Shown here: piece after piece, positions 24,672-37,191 of the stretch
How positions within the stretch are numbered: the first letter of the stretch is position 1
How the letters are laid out: each line of letters begins with the position of its first letter
Assembly (NCBI RefSeq): GCF_039654945.1
Contig: NW_027361709.1
Span: forward strand, 7,564,001 to 7,628,000
Direction of reading: 5' to 3'
Length of the DNA: 64,000 nucleotides
Source of the DNA: Dendrobates tinctorius
Lineage: Eukaryota
Notes under the pieces: model-generated
Database searches by the model: none
What the model was told of the DNA's origin: nothing
Seen by the model: the letters and a program-made list of their open reading frames with translations, nothing else
Made by a program: the position numbers and the translations under genes

Positions 24672-25361
24672 GTAAATGCATTTTTCTTGTGTAATTTTAT
24701 ATTAAGCTTGATTGGTGGTAGTCCCCTGTAATGGAGGAGAGAAGGGTGATGGCGGAGTCGCCCTCTACTGTCATGCCGTTTCCTAGTTTGTTGGAGGTAA
24801 TCCTGGATGAAGACTAATACGGCCGCGCGCTTATCATTGCCCAGGTAGGTCTGACCCAGATTTCCTTAGTATTTGGGTGGCATAATCGTCTATAGAGGTT
24901 GTCTCAGGATCCTATTTTCATGATTGCACCTTTACCTTGCCTCCTGGATTCTTGCTTGCCAAGAGGCAATGCCCTCCTGATGATTGACAGTTCAGAGCAG
25001 TGGCATGGATGAGCGGCTAGTCCAGACTGTGCGCTTTCTGATGCTGCTAGCAGAGGCAGCCTTACCTCTGCTGCATGGGAGCAGTGCTGGGCAATGAAGC
25101 TGTCAGGATCCCGCCATCTATCCTCAAGCTTCAGAGCAGTGTTTGCAAGCTACATCTAGCAACCACCTTACAAGAGCGCGCACCGTGTCTAGAATACCTA
25201 GGCAATGAGCAGTAACCTAAAGAGGTAAACTGCAAAGTTGTTTGTTGTTACAAGCACTTTGCAAATTTACCCATTAAATAAGAAGAGACATCCCCTTTAA
25301 GAAGTTGCAATGTGATAAGTTACATGGACTGATTCACACTCAGTCTTATCTTCTATCCCAG

Positions 25362-25470
25362 ATACCAGCTGATGCCAGACGCCCGGACATTGCATTAAAA
25401 GAACATGTGGCTGACAGAGGAAGAGTATGTGCTTTGCCGTTAATCAAGAAAGGAGCAGGAAAGGTTACAG
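25362..25470 (+). CDS. Uncharacterised gene, putative exon 2 (IPADARRPDIALKEHVADRGRVCALPLIKKGAGKVT)
   Basis: ttctatcccag acceptor and CAG|gtatgg donor; 109 nt, which converts phase 0 to the phase 1 required by exon 3. Confidence 0.55.
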
Positions 25471-28042
25471 GTATGGGCTGTGCAGGTGGCATATGGGTCG
25501 GGCGGACATCTTAGCCTATGACACGCTTCCGTGGGGAGATGTTGGGCTTTTAAATGCAGCTGTTGGGGGCATGGAGATGTATCCAGTCAAGCGTGACTTC
25601 GCGCCACTCAAAAAAGGCTTGTCTGGCTCCGACCACAATTGCGCCCTCATTAGGGTGTGCCAGGCACCGCCAGCTGTGATCTTCCATCTGCCGCGTAAGA
25701 AAATCACTGGCACTTGCCAATACCTTTAAGTGACAAGTTCATGTAATGAAGGGGGGCGTCCAGTACAAAGCCTGGCTTCCACTGCACTTGGCATGTTACG
25801 GTGGGTGTCAGTCTCGCCCCTTAGTGCGATGGTTTACATATTATATGTCAAGGGGCGGTAATCGCGCTGCCCCTCTTATTATAAGGGAATCTACTAAAAA
25901 TACATGAAAGGTGCCTACACCTGATGCCAGGTTTATAGTCTAATTTATGCACATTAAATCCGCGTTTCGCCACCTGCTCTTTTATCACCGGCCGTAATGC
26001 TGGAGGCTTCACTGATCTCGTGGCTGCTGCCGGTGTCAGGTATCGGATAGAATTCTGTATTCTAAGAATAGGAAATGAATGAAGGTTAACCTAGAAAATA
26101 TAAGTTGCCATCCTTATTAATAGTGACGGGTAGAAGAAACTTTATTTTTTCTCACGATACTGCCTAAAATAACCCAATTTTTGATACTTTTTTTTTCAGT
26201 GGCAACAGTTTGTAATTGCACATTTTTTCAGGTCTACGAATACGACTGGAAATAAACCATGGAGCTATAAATATATATTTTACCTTATTAAAGGGGATGT
26301 CCAAGACGTTCATACTGATGGACTATCCTTAGAATAGGTCAATATGAGATTCAGGGGTGTCCCACGCTTGGCACCCTCACGATAAACTGCATGTCCTGTA
26401 TCGTCCTGAAATACAAGGTGTATAGAGCCAGAACAGCAGACCAATGTACACGGTGTATTGGCCGCTCTCAGGTGCTGCAGCTCACTTCTCACTTCCCATT
26501 GAAGCGAATGTGATGTAAACTGCAGCACCTGAGAACGAGCACTACATCGTGTGTATGGTGCTGTGCTTCTCAGGGGCTCTACACTGTGTATTTCAGGCTG
26601 CAGCGATACCTGGTAAAAAGATGACCAGTAAGGGTGTCAGACTCTCACTAATCTCATATTGATGTATTATCCTAATTACAGTCCTCAACATTGAAATTGC
26701 AATACCAAGAAGGAAACCTTGTGGAATCATCAAAATCCACTGCTGGCAGCGCCCTTTAAAATTGCCAACAAATCCTGTCCCGGATATGCTCCTTACGAGA
26801 CAAGTCTGGAAACGCTGCAGCCATAGTGCCACGTTTAGGCCATGCAGGCTGCTCACAGTAACACCAGCATCATGTAGCCTGGTGTCGTGTCGAGAATCAG
26901 CTCCTGGGACACTGGAGAAATGGCTGAACCACTGGTTCCACAATTCATCCATTTGTGTATTGCCAATGAAATTAGATGTCACATGCCAAGACTAATGCTT
27001 CAGACAGCAAACAGTCAGGAGGCATGTACACGGATGTGGATGATTTGTCTGCGTGCATTCAGCACAGAACATCCCTCAATCATTAATAACCTAATAGCAG
27101 CAGAGACTGGAAGTGCCGGGATTTCTGTACAAGTCACTTTCTTATCATTTGCAGGTCAGTAACCTGTCCATCTTGTGACTTCCATAACCTCACAAGTTTT
27201 CCTTCATGGTGTTGCAGTTTCAAAGTTAAGGAGTGTAGAAAAATAAAAACACATCTCTTTTGCCCGTTGCAATTTACCTCCATTACATTTATCTATCTTT
27301 GATCATTAAATCCCCTCCCTCTCATTAGGGCTTCTTTTCGCAAAGAAACATCACGGGAATTCTTAGAAAATCCTGAATGTCTGGACATGCTCTTAGATGT
27401 CTCTCATCAAGGCTGCTCCATCATCAGTGTTATTGTGTAGATCAGCATGGTCTCACTGCACTTACCCCCCCCCCTTCAAGTAAAAACGGATTTTTGGTGG
27501 ATATACCAGTCTAATATGTCCAGGAACTAGCCTCATGCTCTGCTGCCAGTTACTTTTTTGCAGTGGGCGGGTTCCTCATAATCAGCATTCTGCCAGGACC
27601 ATGGGTGCTTTAAATTCCTTTCCCCTCGCTTCCCTGCGTACTTTGCTTCTGCCTTTATCAACTGGTTTGCCTGTCCGAAACTAAATGCTTGCCTGTAGAC
27701 AGGGATGCAGGCGCAGAAAAAGACCCCCTCTACTTCACATCCACAGATAAAGATCCACCTCCTCTTACTGCAGCGATAAATACCCGCCACTACCTATAAT
27801 CCTGCAGTTACAGACAGATTACACCTAACAGGCTCAGGACTGCAAGTTAAAGAGAAAAGAGACCTTCCTGTGGCCAGCGTGAGGAATTGGTTTTTCTAGG
27901 GTCATTTTTAAGATTTGGGTCCTCTGCTGTGCGCCACAGGGCAGTGTCCATCTATTATGGGATCTTATATAATGGCGGATATAGACATACAAATCTGAAT
28001 GTTATTTCTTGTTCTTTGACCTAATATCACTCTATCCTCCAG

Positions 28043-28554
28043 CCGTAAGTGTCCGAGATACTGGCAAGAATACGATCCTTACTCCCGCTCTGAAGGCGTC
28101 ACCAACCAGGGGGAAGCAGAAACCTCAGCCCATCCTTGCCAGTGATATGACACCATGGGTCAGAGCATCTCCTTCAGAGACCTCGCTGACATGTCTCCTT
28201 CACAGCATCCCATCTCCAAAGACGTGCCCTGACAACATGGCTAACTGTCCGCAAAGTCAGAAGGAGTCTGCCAACAAGGACAACTGGAGCCCAAAGGCAA
28301 GCCCTTCTGAACAGCCACCATCCAAAGACAAGGGTAATGGCAGAGCTAAACTCAGAGGTCGAAATGGAGTGACCAAGAGACGGTCCTTTAATAAATTCCA
28401 TAATATAAAATTACCTCCGGTCCCTGCAGTCACCGAGCTCAACTTCAGCCGCAACTTCAGCTTTTCATTCTTTGAGTTACCTCAACATCAGGGTCCTCAA
28501 CACTGGCTCCAGCGGCAGAAACACGTGTATATGGTAATGAGACAACTGCAATAA
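28043..28554 (+). CDS. Uncharacterised gene, putative last exon (S/P/K-rich, C-terminal LPPVPAVTELNFSRNFSFSFFELP...MRQLQ*)
   Basis: ctatcctccag acceptor, 512 nt open non-repetitive frame; AATAAA at 28550-28555 overlaps the TAA stop. Confidence 0.65.
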
Positions 28555-28611
28555 ACTGCGGCTATAAATGTGTCCTGCGATGAATTCATGAACAATGTCA
28601 CTTCATTTAAT

Positions 28612-30355
28612 GGGGCAGTATTATAGTAGTTTCCTTCCTGTACATAGGGAGCAGTATTATAGTAGTTATATTCTTGTACATAGGGGGCAGTGTTATAGCA
28701 GTTATATTCTTGTACATAGGAGCAGTATTATAGTAGTTATATTCTTGTACATATGGGACAGTATTATAGTAGTTATATTCTTGTACATAGGAGCAGTATT
28801 ATAGTAGTTATATTCTTGTACATAGGGGCAGTATTATAGTAGTTATATTCTTGTACATAGGGAGCAGTATTATAGTAGTTATATTCTTGTACATAGGGGC
28901 AATATTATAGTAGTTATATTCTTGTACATAGGGGCAGTATTATAGTAGTTATATTCTTGTACATAGGGGCAGTATTATAGTAGTTATATTCTTGTACATA
29001 GGGGCAGTATTATAGTAGTTATATTCTTGTACATAGGGGCAGTATTATAGTAGTAGTTATATTCTTGTACATAGGAGCAGTATTATAGTAGTAGTTATAT
29101 TCTTGTACATAGGGGCAGTATTATAGTAGCTTCATTCCTGTACATAGGGGCAGTGTTATAGTAGTTATATTCCTGTACATAAGGAGCAGTATTATAGTAG
29201 TAATATTCTTGAACATAGGGGCAGTATTATAGTAGCTATATTCTTGTACATAGGGGGCAGTATTATAGTAGTAATATTCTTGTACATAGGAGCAGTATTA
29301 TAGTAGCTATATTCTTGTACATAGGGGGCAGTATTATATTAGTAATATTCTTGTAAATAGGAGCAGTATTATAGTAGCTATATTCTTGAACATAGGGGCA
29401 GTATTATAGTAGTTATTTTCTTGTACATAGGAGCAGTATTATAGTAGTTATATTCTTATAGATAGGAGCAGTATTATAGTAGTTTCATTCCTGTACATGG
29501 GGAGCAGTATTATAGTAGTTATATTCTTGTACATAGGGGCAGTATTATAGTAGTTATATTCGTGTACATAGGGGCAGTATTATAGTAGTTATATTCGTGT
29601 ACATAGGGGCAGTATTATAGTAGTTATATTCGTGTACATAGGGGCAGTATTATAGTAGTTATATTCGTGTACATAGGGGCAGTATTATAGTAGTTATATT
29701 CGTGTACATAGGGGCAGTATTATAGTAGTTATATTCGTGTACATAGGGGGCAGTATTATAGTAGTTATATTCTTGTATATAGGGGCAGTATTATAGTAGT
29801 TATATTCTTGTACATAGGAGCAGTATTATAGTAGTTATATTCTTGTATATAGGGGCAGTATTATAGTAGTTATATTCTTGTACATAGGAGCAGTATTATA
29901 GTAGTTATATTCTTGTACATAGGAGCAGTATTATAGTAGTTATATTCTTGTATATAGGGGCAGTATTACAGTAGTTATATTCTTGTACATAGGAGCAGTA
30001 TTATAGTAGTTATATTCTTGTATATAGGGGCAGTATTACAGTAGTTATATTCTTGCACATAGGAGGCAGTATTATAGTAGTTATATTCTTGTACATATCA
30101 GCAGTATTATAGTAGTTATATTCTTGTATATAGGGGCAGTATTATAGTAGTTATATTCCTGTACATAGGGGGCAGTATTATAGCAGGTATATTCTTGTAC
30201 ATAGGGGGCAGTATTATAGTAGTTATATTCCTGTACATAGAGGGCAGTATTATAGTAGTTCTATTCTTGTACATAGAGGGCAGTATTATAGTAGTAATAT
30301 TCTTGTACATAGGAGAAGTATTACAGTTTTTTCTTGTATATAGGGGGAAGTATTA
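28612..30355. repeat. 35-36 bp AT-rich satellite array B, about 49 copies, same unit and orientation as array A
   Basis: Same unit as 22080-23970. Confidence 0.97.
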
Positions 30356-30500
30356 TAATACTTAAACTGTTGAATAACTTTTGATTCTTAATCCTTAGAG
30401 GTTAATAGTCCCTACATTGTATGATGTATACTTCATGCATACATTACATTTATCAGCTATCCAAGTAAAGTAAGACCACATCTTTCTTAAATAAATGCAC

Positions 30501-30506
30501 TTTATT
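30501..30506 (-). terminator. Probable DALRD3 polyadenylation signal
   Basis: TTTATT on + equals AATAAA on -, about 405 nt past the stop codon. Confidence 0.55.
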
Positions 30507-30910
30507 ATCTTTGAGGTAAAGTGCATTTTACCAGCTTTTGCCATTAATGCAGGGTTATCATGGATGATAACTCACAATATGTTAAATCTGGGATATTGAC
30601 AATATTTACATTTTTCTCCCCAATCAGCCATAGTCTCTAACTACGCTCCACATTAGATAGATTTCTGGAATGTTTCAGTAAGATAAGTATCTGGCAAACT
30701 TATTTGGAGCTGCTTATTTCCAGGGGAACATTGGATGAGTATTTTGGTGTCACCCCTGACCCCAGTTGCTGGTGTTGTTTACAACAATTCTTTCAATGTC
30801 TGTGTCTTATTCCTCATCATAAGATCACTTGTTCCCCAGATGTACAGGCTAAAGACATAACCATTGATTGTCCATGAATGCATCAACTCCATGTTGTCTG
30901 ATCTTCAGTC

Positions 30911-31030
30911 CTATATCTGGGTTAGTGGTAAAATGTGAAGAGTCTTTAATGCAGAATGCAGAACACTCTGAACAGCTTTCATCAGCTGCAAGCGAGCAAA
31001 CATCTGACTGAAGAGATGAGGTAGCGGCTC
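30911..31030 (-). CDS. dalrd3: DALRD3 exon 13, last (EPLPHLFSQMFARLQLMKAVQSVLHSALKTLHILPLTQI*)
   Basis: tttgcag acceptor; resembles human [20 protein letters not shown]. Confidence 0.93.
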   Translation of the reverse strand, partial: EPLPHLFSQMFARLQLMKAVQSVLHSALKTLHILPLTQI

Positions 31031-31114
31031 CTGCAAAAATCATGAAACTTGTTTTATTTAGTTGCAAACCAGAAAAAATGCAATCTGTAGATAAAGCAGT
31101 GTGATCTCACTCAC

Positions 31115-31183
31115 CCCTAAAATGTGCACCCTGTTGTAGTAACAGCTGAAGTCCATACTGAGGCTGACAAGGAATTTACACAC
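31115..31183 (-). CDS. dalrd3: DALRD3 exon 12 (VCKFLVSLSMDFSCYYNRVHILG)
   Basis: tttcag acceptor, gtgagt donor, 69 nt; DALR-domain motif FSxYYNRVHILG. Confidence 0.95.
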
Positions 31184-31573
31184 CTGAAATAAAACCAATA
31201 GTAATTGTATAATACATTGGCCCTGACAACTGGGAGGCCAGGAGTGAGATGTTGTGCAGCAGTTGGGATGCTCTGATGTAGTCAGTGCCAATTCAGGCTT
31301 AGTAGCTATTGCAATAATATAACATTTCCATCACGCCCTGATGGTGCGACAGTCCCAGTAACAAGGCTCATGCAGACGTCTGTGACACTCATCCAAGCAT
31401 GGACTGTGTGCAGATCTCCCGATATATATGCCTACGAGGCTGTCACGCACGAGTCGGGAGACCCACAGACAGTCCGTGCTCGGGCCAAATTTCACAAACA
31501 TCTGCATGAGCCCTTAGGAGGTGACTGTACGTATGCAGCCATCTCCATTCACTTTTATGGAACATGTAATTAA

Positions 31574-31985
31574 AGGGTTATTCCTGAAATTGTAAGTTAT
31601 CCCCCTGTTCTATGGATTTGGGGATAACTTACCAGTCTTTGTGGTTCCAATCTCAGAGCCCTCCAAAGGTTACAAAAACAGGGATCTAAATTATTCCAGG
31701 AGCCAGACTTTGCAGAGCCCATTTCTGAATGGAGTGAGGATGGTACAGTCTTAATCTCTTCTCTATTCACTGTCTATGGGACTTCCAAAAAAGAAAAAGG
31801 GGAGAGCTGTACACCACTTTCCTAGCTGACCATAAGCACCTTAGATCCATTCAAGACAGGGCCTTGCAGAATGCTATTCTGGGATCCACAGCCCCATTCG
31901 GGGGTCCCACAGGTCAGAGCTGCAGCAACCAGTAATTAATCCCTTATCCTACATACAGGGGATAACAATTTGGGGGAATTAACCT
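31574..31985. mobile_element. TTAA-flanked MITE (T2/Kolobok type)
   Basis: TTAA on both sides; imperfect TIRs AGGGTTATTCC / GGAATTAACCT and subterminal inverted similarity (AAGTTATCCCC / GGGGATAAC). Confidence 0.6.
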
Positions 31986-32369
31986 TTAAGGCCTGTTTCA
32001 CACATCAGTTTTTGTCCATCAGTCAAAATCCGCCGTTTTGCAAAAAGAACGGATCCGCCATTTTTTTGGGCTGATCCGTTTTTTTTCCCATCGAGTTGCA
32101 TTACCGGCGGATCTTGTCGGATGGCCATCTGTTTTTTTGCGGATCCGCCAAAATTTTGACGTCCGCCGACATGCCCGAACGGTCCATGCAGCGTTTTTTC
32201 AGGCGGCAGGATCCGCACTTCTCACAGCGCATGGCTGAAAGACTTCACTCAGCCGAAAATTTAACCCTAAACTCTGTTCTGGCGGCTGGAAAATCTCTCT
32301 CCCTAGTGTATAATTGGGGGGGGGGGCTGGAAGTTTCACCAGTGTGGGCATATCTGTAATACTGTCTAG

Positions 32370-33195
32370 TGTGATACTACCTGCTGAGCCGCGTATCTAA
32401 TCCTCTCCTGTGTGATACTGCCTGCTGAGCCGCGTATCTAATCCTCTCCCGTGTGATACTGCCTGCTGAGCCGTGTATCTAATCCTCTCCCGTGTGATAC
32501 TGACTGCTGAGCCGTGTATCTAATCCTCTCCCGTGTGATACTGTCTGCTGAGCCGTGTATCTAATCCTCTCCCGTGTGATACTGTCTGCTGAGCCGTGTA
32601 TCTAATCCTCTCCCGTGTGATACTGACTGCAGAGCCGTGTATCTAATCCTCTCCCGTGTGATACTGACTGCAGAGCCGTGTATCTAATCCTCTCCCGTGT
32701 GATACTGACTGCTGAGCCGTGTATCTAATCCTCTCCCGTGTGATACTGACTGCTGAGCCCTGTATCTAATCCTCTCCCGTGTGATACTGACTGCAGACCC
32801 GTGTATCTAATCCTCTCCCGTGTGATACTGACTGCTGAGCCGTGTATCTAATCCTCTCCCGTGTGATACTGTCTGCTGAGCCGTGTATCTAATCCTCTCC
32901 CGTGTGATACTGTCTGCTGAGCCGTGTGTCTAATCCTCTCCCGTGTGATACTGTCTGCTGAGCCGTGTATCCAATCCTCTCGTGTGATACTGACTGCTGA
33001 ACCGTGTATCCAATCCTCTCGTGTGATACTGACTGCTGAACCGTGTATCTATTCCTATCCTGTGTGATACTGTCTGCTGAGCCGTGTATCTAATCCTCTC
33101 CTGCGTGATACTGTCTGCTGAGCCGTGTATCTAATCCTCTCCTGCGTGATACTGTCTGCTGAGCCGTGTATCTAATTCTCTGCCGTGTGATACTG
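32370..33195. repeat. 41-bp minisatellite, about 20 copies
   Basis: Unit GTGTGATACTG(T/A)CTGCTGAGCCGTGTATCTAATCCTCTCCC. Confidence 0.95.
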
Positions 33196-33551
33196 CTCTC
33201 CTGAAATACTCTGTGCTGCTGTCACCCTGCTGGTTTTATGTGTGATCTACATGGTGGTATTGTGTATGATCTATATGGCGGCATTGTGTGTGAAGTATAT
33301 GGCGGTATTATTTGTGATCTGCTAAAAGGGGACCCATTCTAGGGTGGTTCTGACTAAGCACCTGCACACGGGTCAGGGGTAATAGGTGAAGTCAGAGGAG
33401 AGCTGGGGAGGCAGCTGAAGAGAGGGGTCTCATTTTTATCGTTACTGTATGGCTATATTTCCCCCCGGCCTGCTTCCCAGCGTCACCCCGGACTGCGCCT
33501 GTCGCCTCGCTTTCACACATCGCCAGGACAGAATCTGAGAGGGGAATGGGG

Positions 33552-35357
33552 TCTTTGCATGCAAAGTCTGGATCAGAACAGGCCATCAATCAGCAGAAAT
33601 GTTTCCTGGATTTCTGTGCTGCTGTCTCCCTGCTCCTCCCCCATATATCTCCCTCTGTGCCCCCCATAGACCAGCGCACTGCTTTCCTGAAATACTGTGT
33701 GCTGCTGTCACTGCTCCCTCTACCATATATCTCTCTGTGTGCCCCCCATAGACCAGCACACTGCTCTCCTGAAATACTCTGTGCTGCTGTCACCCTGCTC
33801 CTCCACCATATATCTCTCTGTGTGCCCCCCATAGACCAGCGCACTGCTTTCCTGAAATACTGTGTGCTGCTGTCACTCTGCTCCCTCTACCATATATCTG
33901 TGTGCCCCCCATAGACCAGCACACTGCTCTCCTGAAATACTCTGTGCTGCTGTCACCCTGCTCCTCCACCATATATCTCTCTGTGTGCCCCCCATAGACC
34001 AGCACACTGCTCTCCTGAAATACTCTGTGCTGCTGTCACCCTGTTCCTCCACCATATATCTGTGTGCCCCCCATAGACCAGCACACTGCTCTCCTGAAAT
34101 ACTCTGGCTGCTGTCACCCTGCTCCTCCTCCACCATATATCTCCCTCTGTGCCCCCCATAGACCAGCACACTGCTCTCCTGAAATACTCTGTGCTGCTGT
34201 CACCCTGCTCCTCCACCATATATCTCCCTCTGTGCCCCCCATAGACCAGCACACTGCTCTCCTGAAATACTGTGCTGCTGTCACCCTGCTCCCTCCACCA
34301 TATATCTCTCTCTGTGCCCCCCATAGACCAGCACACTACTCTCCTGAAATACTGTGTGCTGCTGTCACCCTGCTCCTCCACCATATATCTTTGTGTGCCC
34401 CCCATAGACCAGCACACTGCTCTCCTGAAATACTCTGTGCTGCTGTCACCCTGCTCCCTCCACCATATATCTCTCTGTGACCCCCCATAGACCAGCACAC
34501 TGCTCTCCTGAAATACTGTGTGCTGCTGTCACTCTGCTCCTTCTACCATATATCTCTCTGTGTGCCCCCATAGACCAGCGCACTGCTCTCCTGAAATACT
34601 GTGTGCTGCTGTCACTCTGCTCCCTCTACCATATATCTCTCTGTGTGCCCCCCATAGACCAGCACACTGCTCTCCTGAAATACTCTGTGCTGCTGTCACC
34701 CTGCTCCCTCCACCATATATCTCCCTCTGTGCCCCCCATAGACCAGCGCACTGCTCTCCTGAAATACTGTGTGCTGCTGTCACTCTGCTCCCTCTACCAT
34801 ATATCTCTCTGTGTGACACCCCATAGACCAGCACACTGCTCTCCTGAAATACTGTGCTGCTGTCTCCCTGCTCCTCCCCCACACATCTCCCTCTGTGCCC
34901 CCCATAGACCAGCACACTGCTCTCCTGAAATACTGTGTGCTGCTGTCACTCTGCTCCCTCTACCATATATCTCTCTGTGTGCCCCCCATAGACCAGCACA
35001 CTGCTCTCCTGAAATACTCTGTGCTGCTGCCACCCTGCTTCCAGAATCCTTGCTGCCTGCCATCCTCGGTGACCGGAGACCCCATTCCTCTCCTCAGATC
35101 CTGTCCTGGCGATGTGTGAAAGCGAGGCGACAGGGGCCTGATATATGGAGGAAGGAGCAGGGTGACAGCAGCACAGAGTATTTCAGGAGAGCAGTGTGCT
35201 GGTCTGTGGGGGGCGCCCTGTTCGGTGCCAGGGATTGTACATAGAGCGCTGTGTTTTATACACATGGATGGACCGTCTTCTTGTCTGCTCCACAGAAATC
35301 CAGGAAACATTTCTGCTGATTGATGACCTGTTCTGATCCAGACTTTACATGAAAAGA
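33552..35357. repeat. Tandem repeat of about 80-83 bp (about 17 copies) enclosed by about 66-bp inverted arms
   Basis: Unit CCCCCATAGACCAGCACACTGCTCTCCTGAAATACT...; 33552-33618 is the near reverse complement of 35291-35357; one inverted unit at about 35140-35212. Confidence 0.88.
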
Positions 35358-35943
35358 CAGTGAGTAACTTTGCAGGCCCCATCAAAATGTCTGCTCACTG
35401 TGTTCCTAGATGTCATCCTCTCTTTTCCCTTAGCAAACACCCAGTAGGGGAGGAGAGGAGTGACACCACACCCATGTCAGCAGACTCCGCCCATACAGTG
35501 TCCAATTTAGGGCATGATCATATATCAAAATCAATCATGGACACTGTACGCCCATAATTACTGCAGGACAGTAATGTGAGCTAGTTGTACACTAGGTTTT
35601 TGTGCCAAATTTCAGTATCTGCTCCCCCTAGTGTTAACAAGTGGAAATGCCAAACTTTCTAAAATTATTTTTCATATTTTACAAAATTAAAAACAAATAA
35701 TATTTTTTAAGAAAATGTAAACATTAATTCTTTACATTTTTTCAAGTGCTGAAAATTTTTTTTGGGGATGGCACCTTCCCTTTAAAGAATATGTTTGAAA
35801 ATCTTTTGTGAAAGTAATTTTAGGTCTCAACACAAGACACACATATAGCAGAGCCAGATTCATATGACAAGTTCAGCTCCACTACATCTCAATGTAGTAG
35901 TCTTGGTCTCTTTCATAGTAAACCAGGCCAGGAGATATCTTAC

Positions 35944-36057
35944 CGCCTCGGTGTTGGCTGTGACCCGGATCCCGGGGGAGGTCACTGACATCTGTGCCGA
36001 CTGACTGAGCACCTCTGGGAACATCATGATATAATTAAAGAGAAGGAGCCATTCTCC
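35944..36057 (-). CDS. dalrd3: DALRD3 exon 11 (GEWLLLFNYIMMFPEVLSQSAQ...ANTEA)
   Basis: acacag acceptor, gtaaga donor, 114 nt; conserved GEWLLLFN. Confidence 0.95.
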
Positions 36058-36230
36058 CTGTGTGATGAAACAGAAGTTGTGTTCAAGCCCTAACAGGCAA
36101 ACGTCCAAAACAGAACATGATCTTTGCTTCACAACTTCTGGTTTCTATAAATGATTTGTCAGACAAATAATAAACACCAGGGGGCGTCACTCTCTTTAAT
36201 GTGATGGGACACGGAGCAGCGCTCTCTCAC

Positions 36231-36289
36231 CTCTTCACGTAGACTGGAGTAGTTGAGATCTGCGGCTGGTGGGAACTCTGGATAGGTGC
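36231..36289 (-). CDS. dalrd3: DALRD3 exon 10 (TYPEFPPAADLNYSSLREE)
   Basis: ttgtcag acceptor, gtgaga donor, phase 1-0. Confidence 0.9.
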
Positions 36290-36366
36290 CTGACAAAAGG
36301 AGGATATCTTTTACGGCCTGTACAGTCACTCACTTGCTTCCCACAAGTAGCTAACAGATATAGTAC

Positions 36367-36490
36367 CTTGACTGACAGCACCTTTATAGCTGTCAAACAT
36401 GGTGGCCAGACGGGCGCAGTTATACATTACAAATGCTCCACTTTTCGTTCCCTTGGTTGTGATGTTGGCCTCCTCCAAGTTCAGGGTCAC
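36367..36490 (-). CDS. dalrd3: DALRD3 exon 9 ([35 protein letters not shown]...)
   Basis: [16 protein letters not shown] marks the start of the DALR anticodon-binding domain; phase 0-1. Confidence 0.95.
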
Positions 36491-37108
36491 CTTCATGGTA
36501 AAGGATATAAAAAAAAAAAAGTGCAGTTGTAATTTAAGACTACGGCTTGTCCCACTTATTTCTGTTCACTTTGGTCACCCCCAATCAGGTACATAGAGAG
36601 GGCTCATGGGTGAGGAATGTCCACATACACCACTATGGAGGTATTCCTCGGCCATGGATGCACTGTATGTAGCTGTAGTCACCATTTTTGCAATCTCTAA
36701 CAAGTCTCAAGTGCTTAAATTTAATACAGGCGTCATTATGAAGTGCGACCCCTGCTCTCTTTTCATAAGACATAAACACTTTCAAGAACTCCTTTTTATT
36801 ATTTTCCTAATGCATCTTAAAAAAAAAAAAACAATGAAGCAACTTTGCAAATCGTCTTGCACTTTGGGAATACAGCTCTTAGTCAGATCTGTGTGTCTCC
36901 ATAGATACAGACTACAATCAAACACTGTGTAGTCTGATCCTGCTCCATCTTCCTGTGTCAAAACTGTGACTTTCCAGGGACAACTCCAAGGATGCCCTGA
37001 CAGCAGCAGAATAATAGGCAGAGCAGAACTCTCCACTGGCATATTATTTCTACGGTATATATATTTATTATACACACATACATATAATGCTTTCCAGGAC
37101 TATATTAC

Positions 37109-37191
37109 CTGGGAGCGATGAGGAGTTGCCATTAACTCAAACTTGATTGCAGCAGAGGTCAGAGAGTTGATCATTTCCTCCCAGCTCTCTC
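37109..37191 (-). CDS. dalrd3: DALRD3 exon 8 (ESWEEMINSLTSAAIKFELMATPHRSQ)
   Basis: gtccag acceptor, gtaata donor, phase 1-0; resembles human ATIKFEMLSTAPQSQ. Confidence 0.92.

Noticed and set aside
27560-27890. Possible additional exon of the orphan gene
   Set aside because: The candidate acceptors lead to stops in the needed frame, and the 3-exon model is already in frame.
33546-35385. Cluster of overlapping ORFs
   Set aside because: All come from the 80-83 bp tandem repeat.
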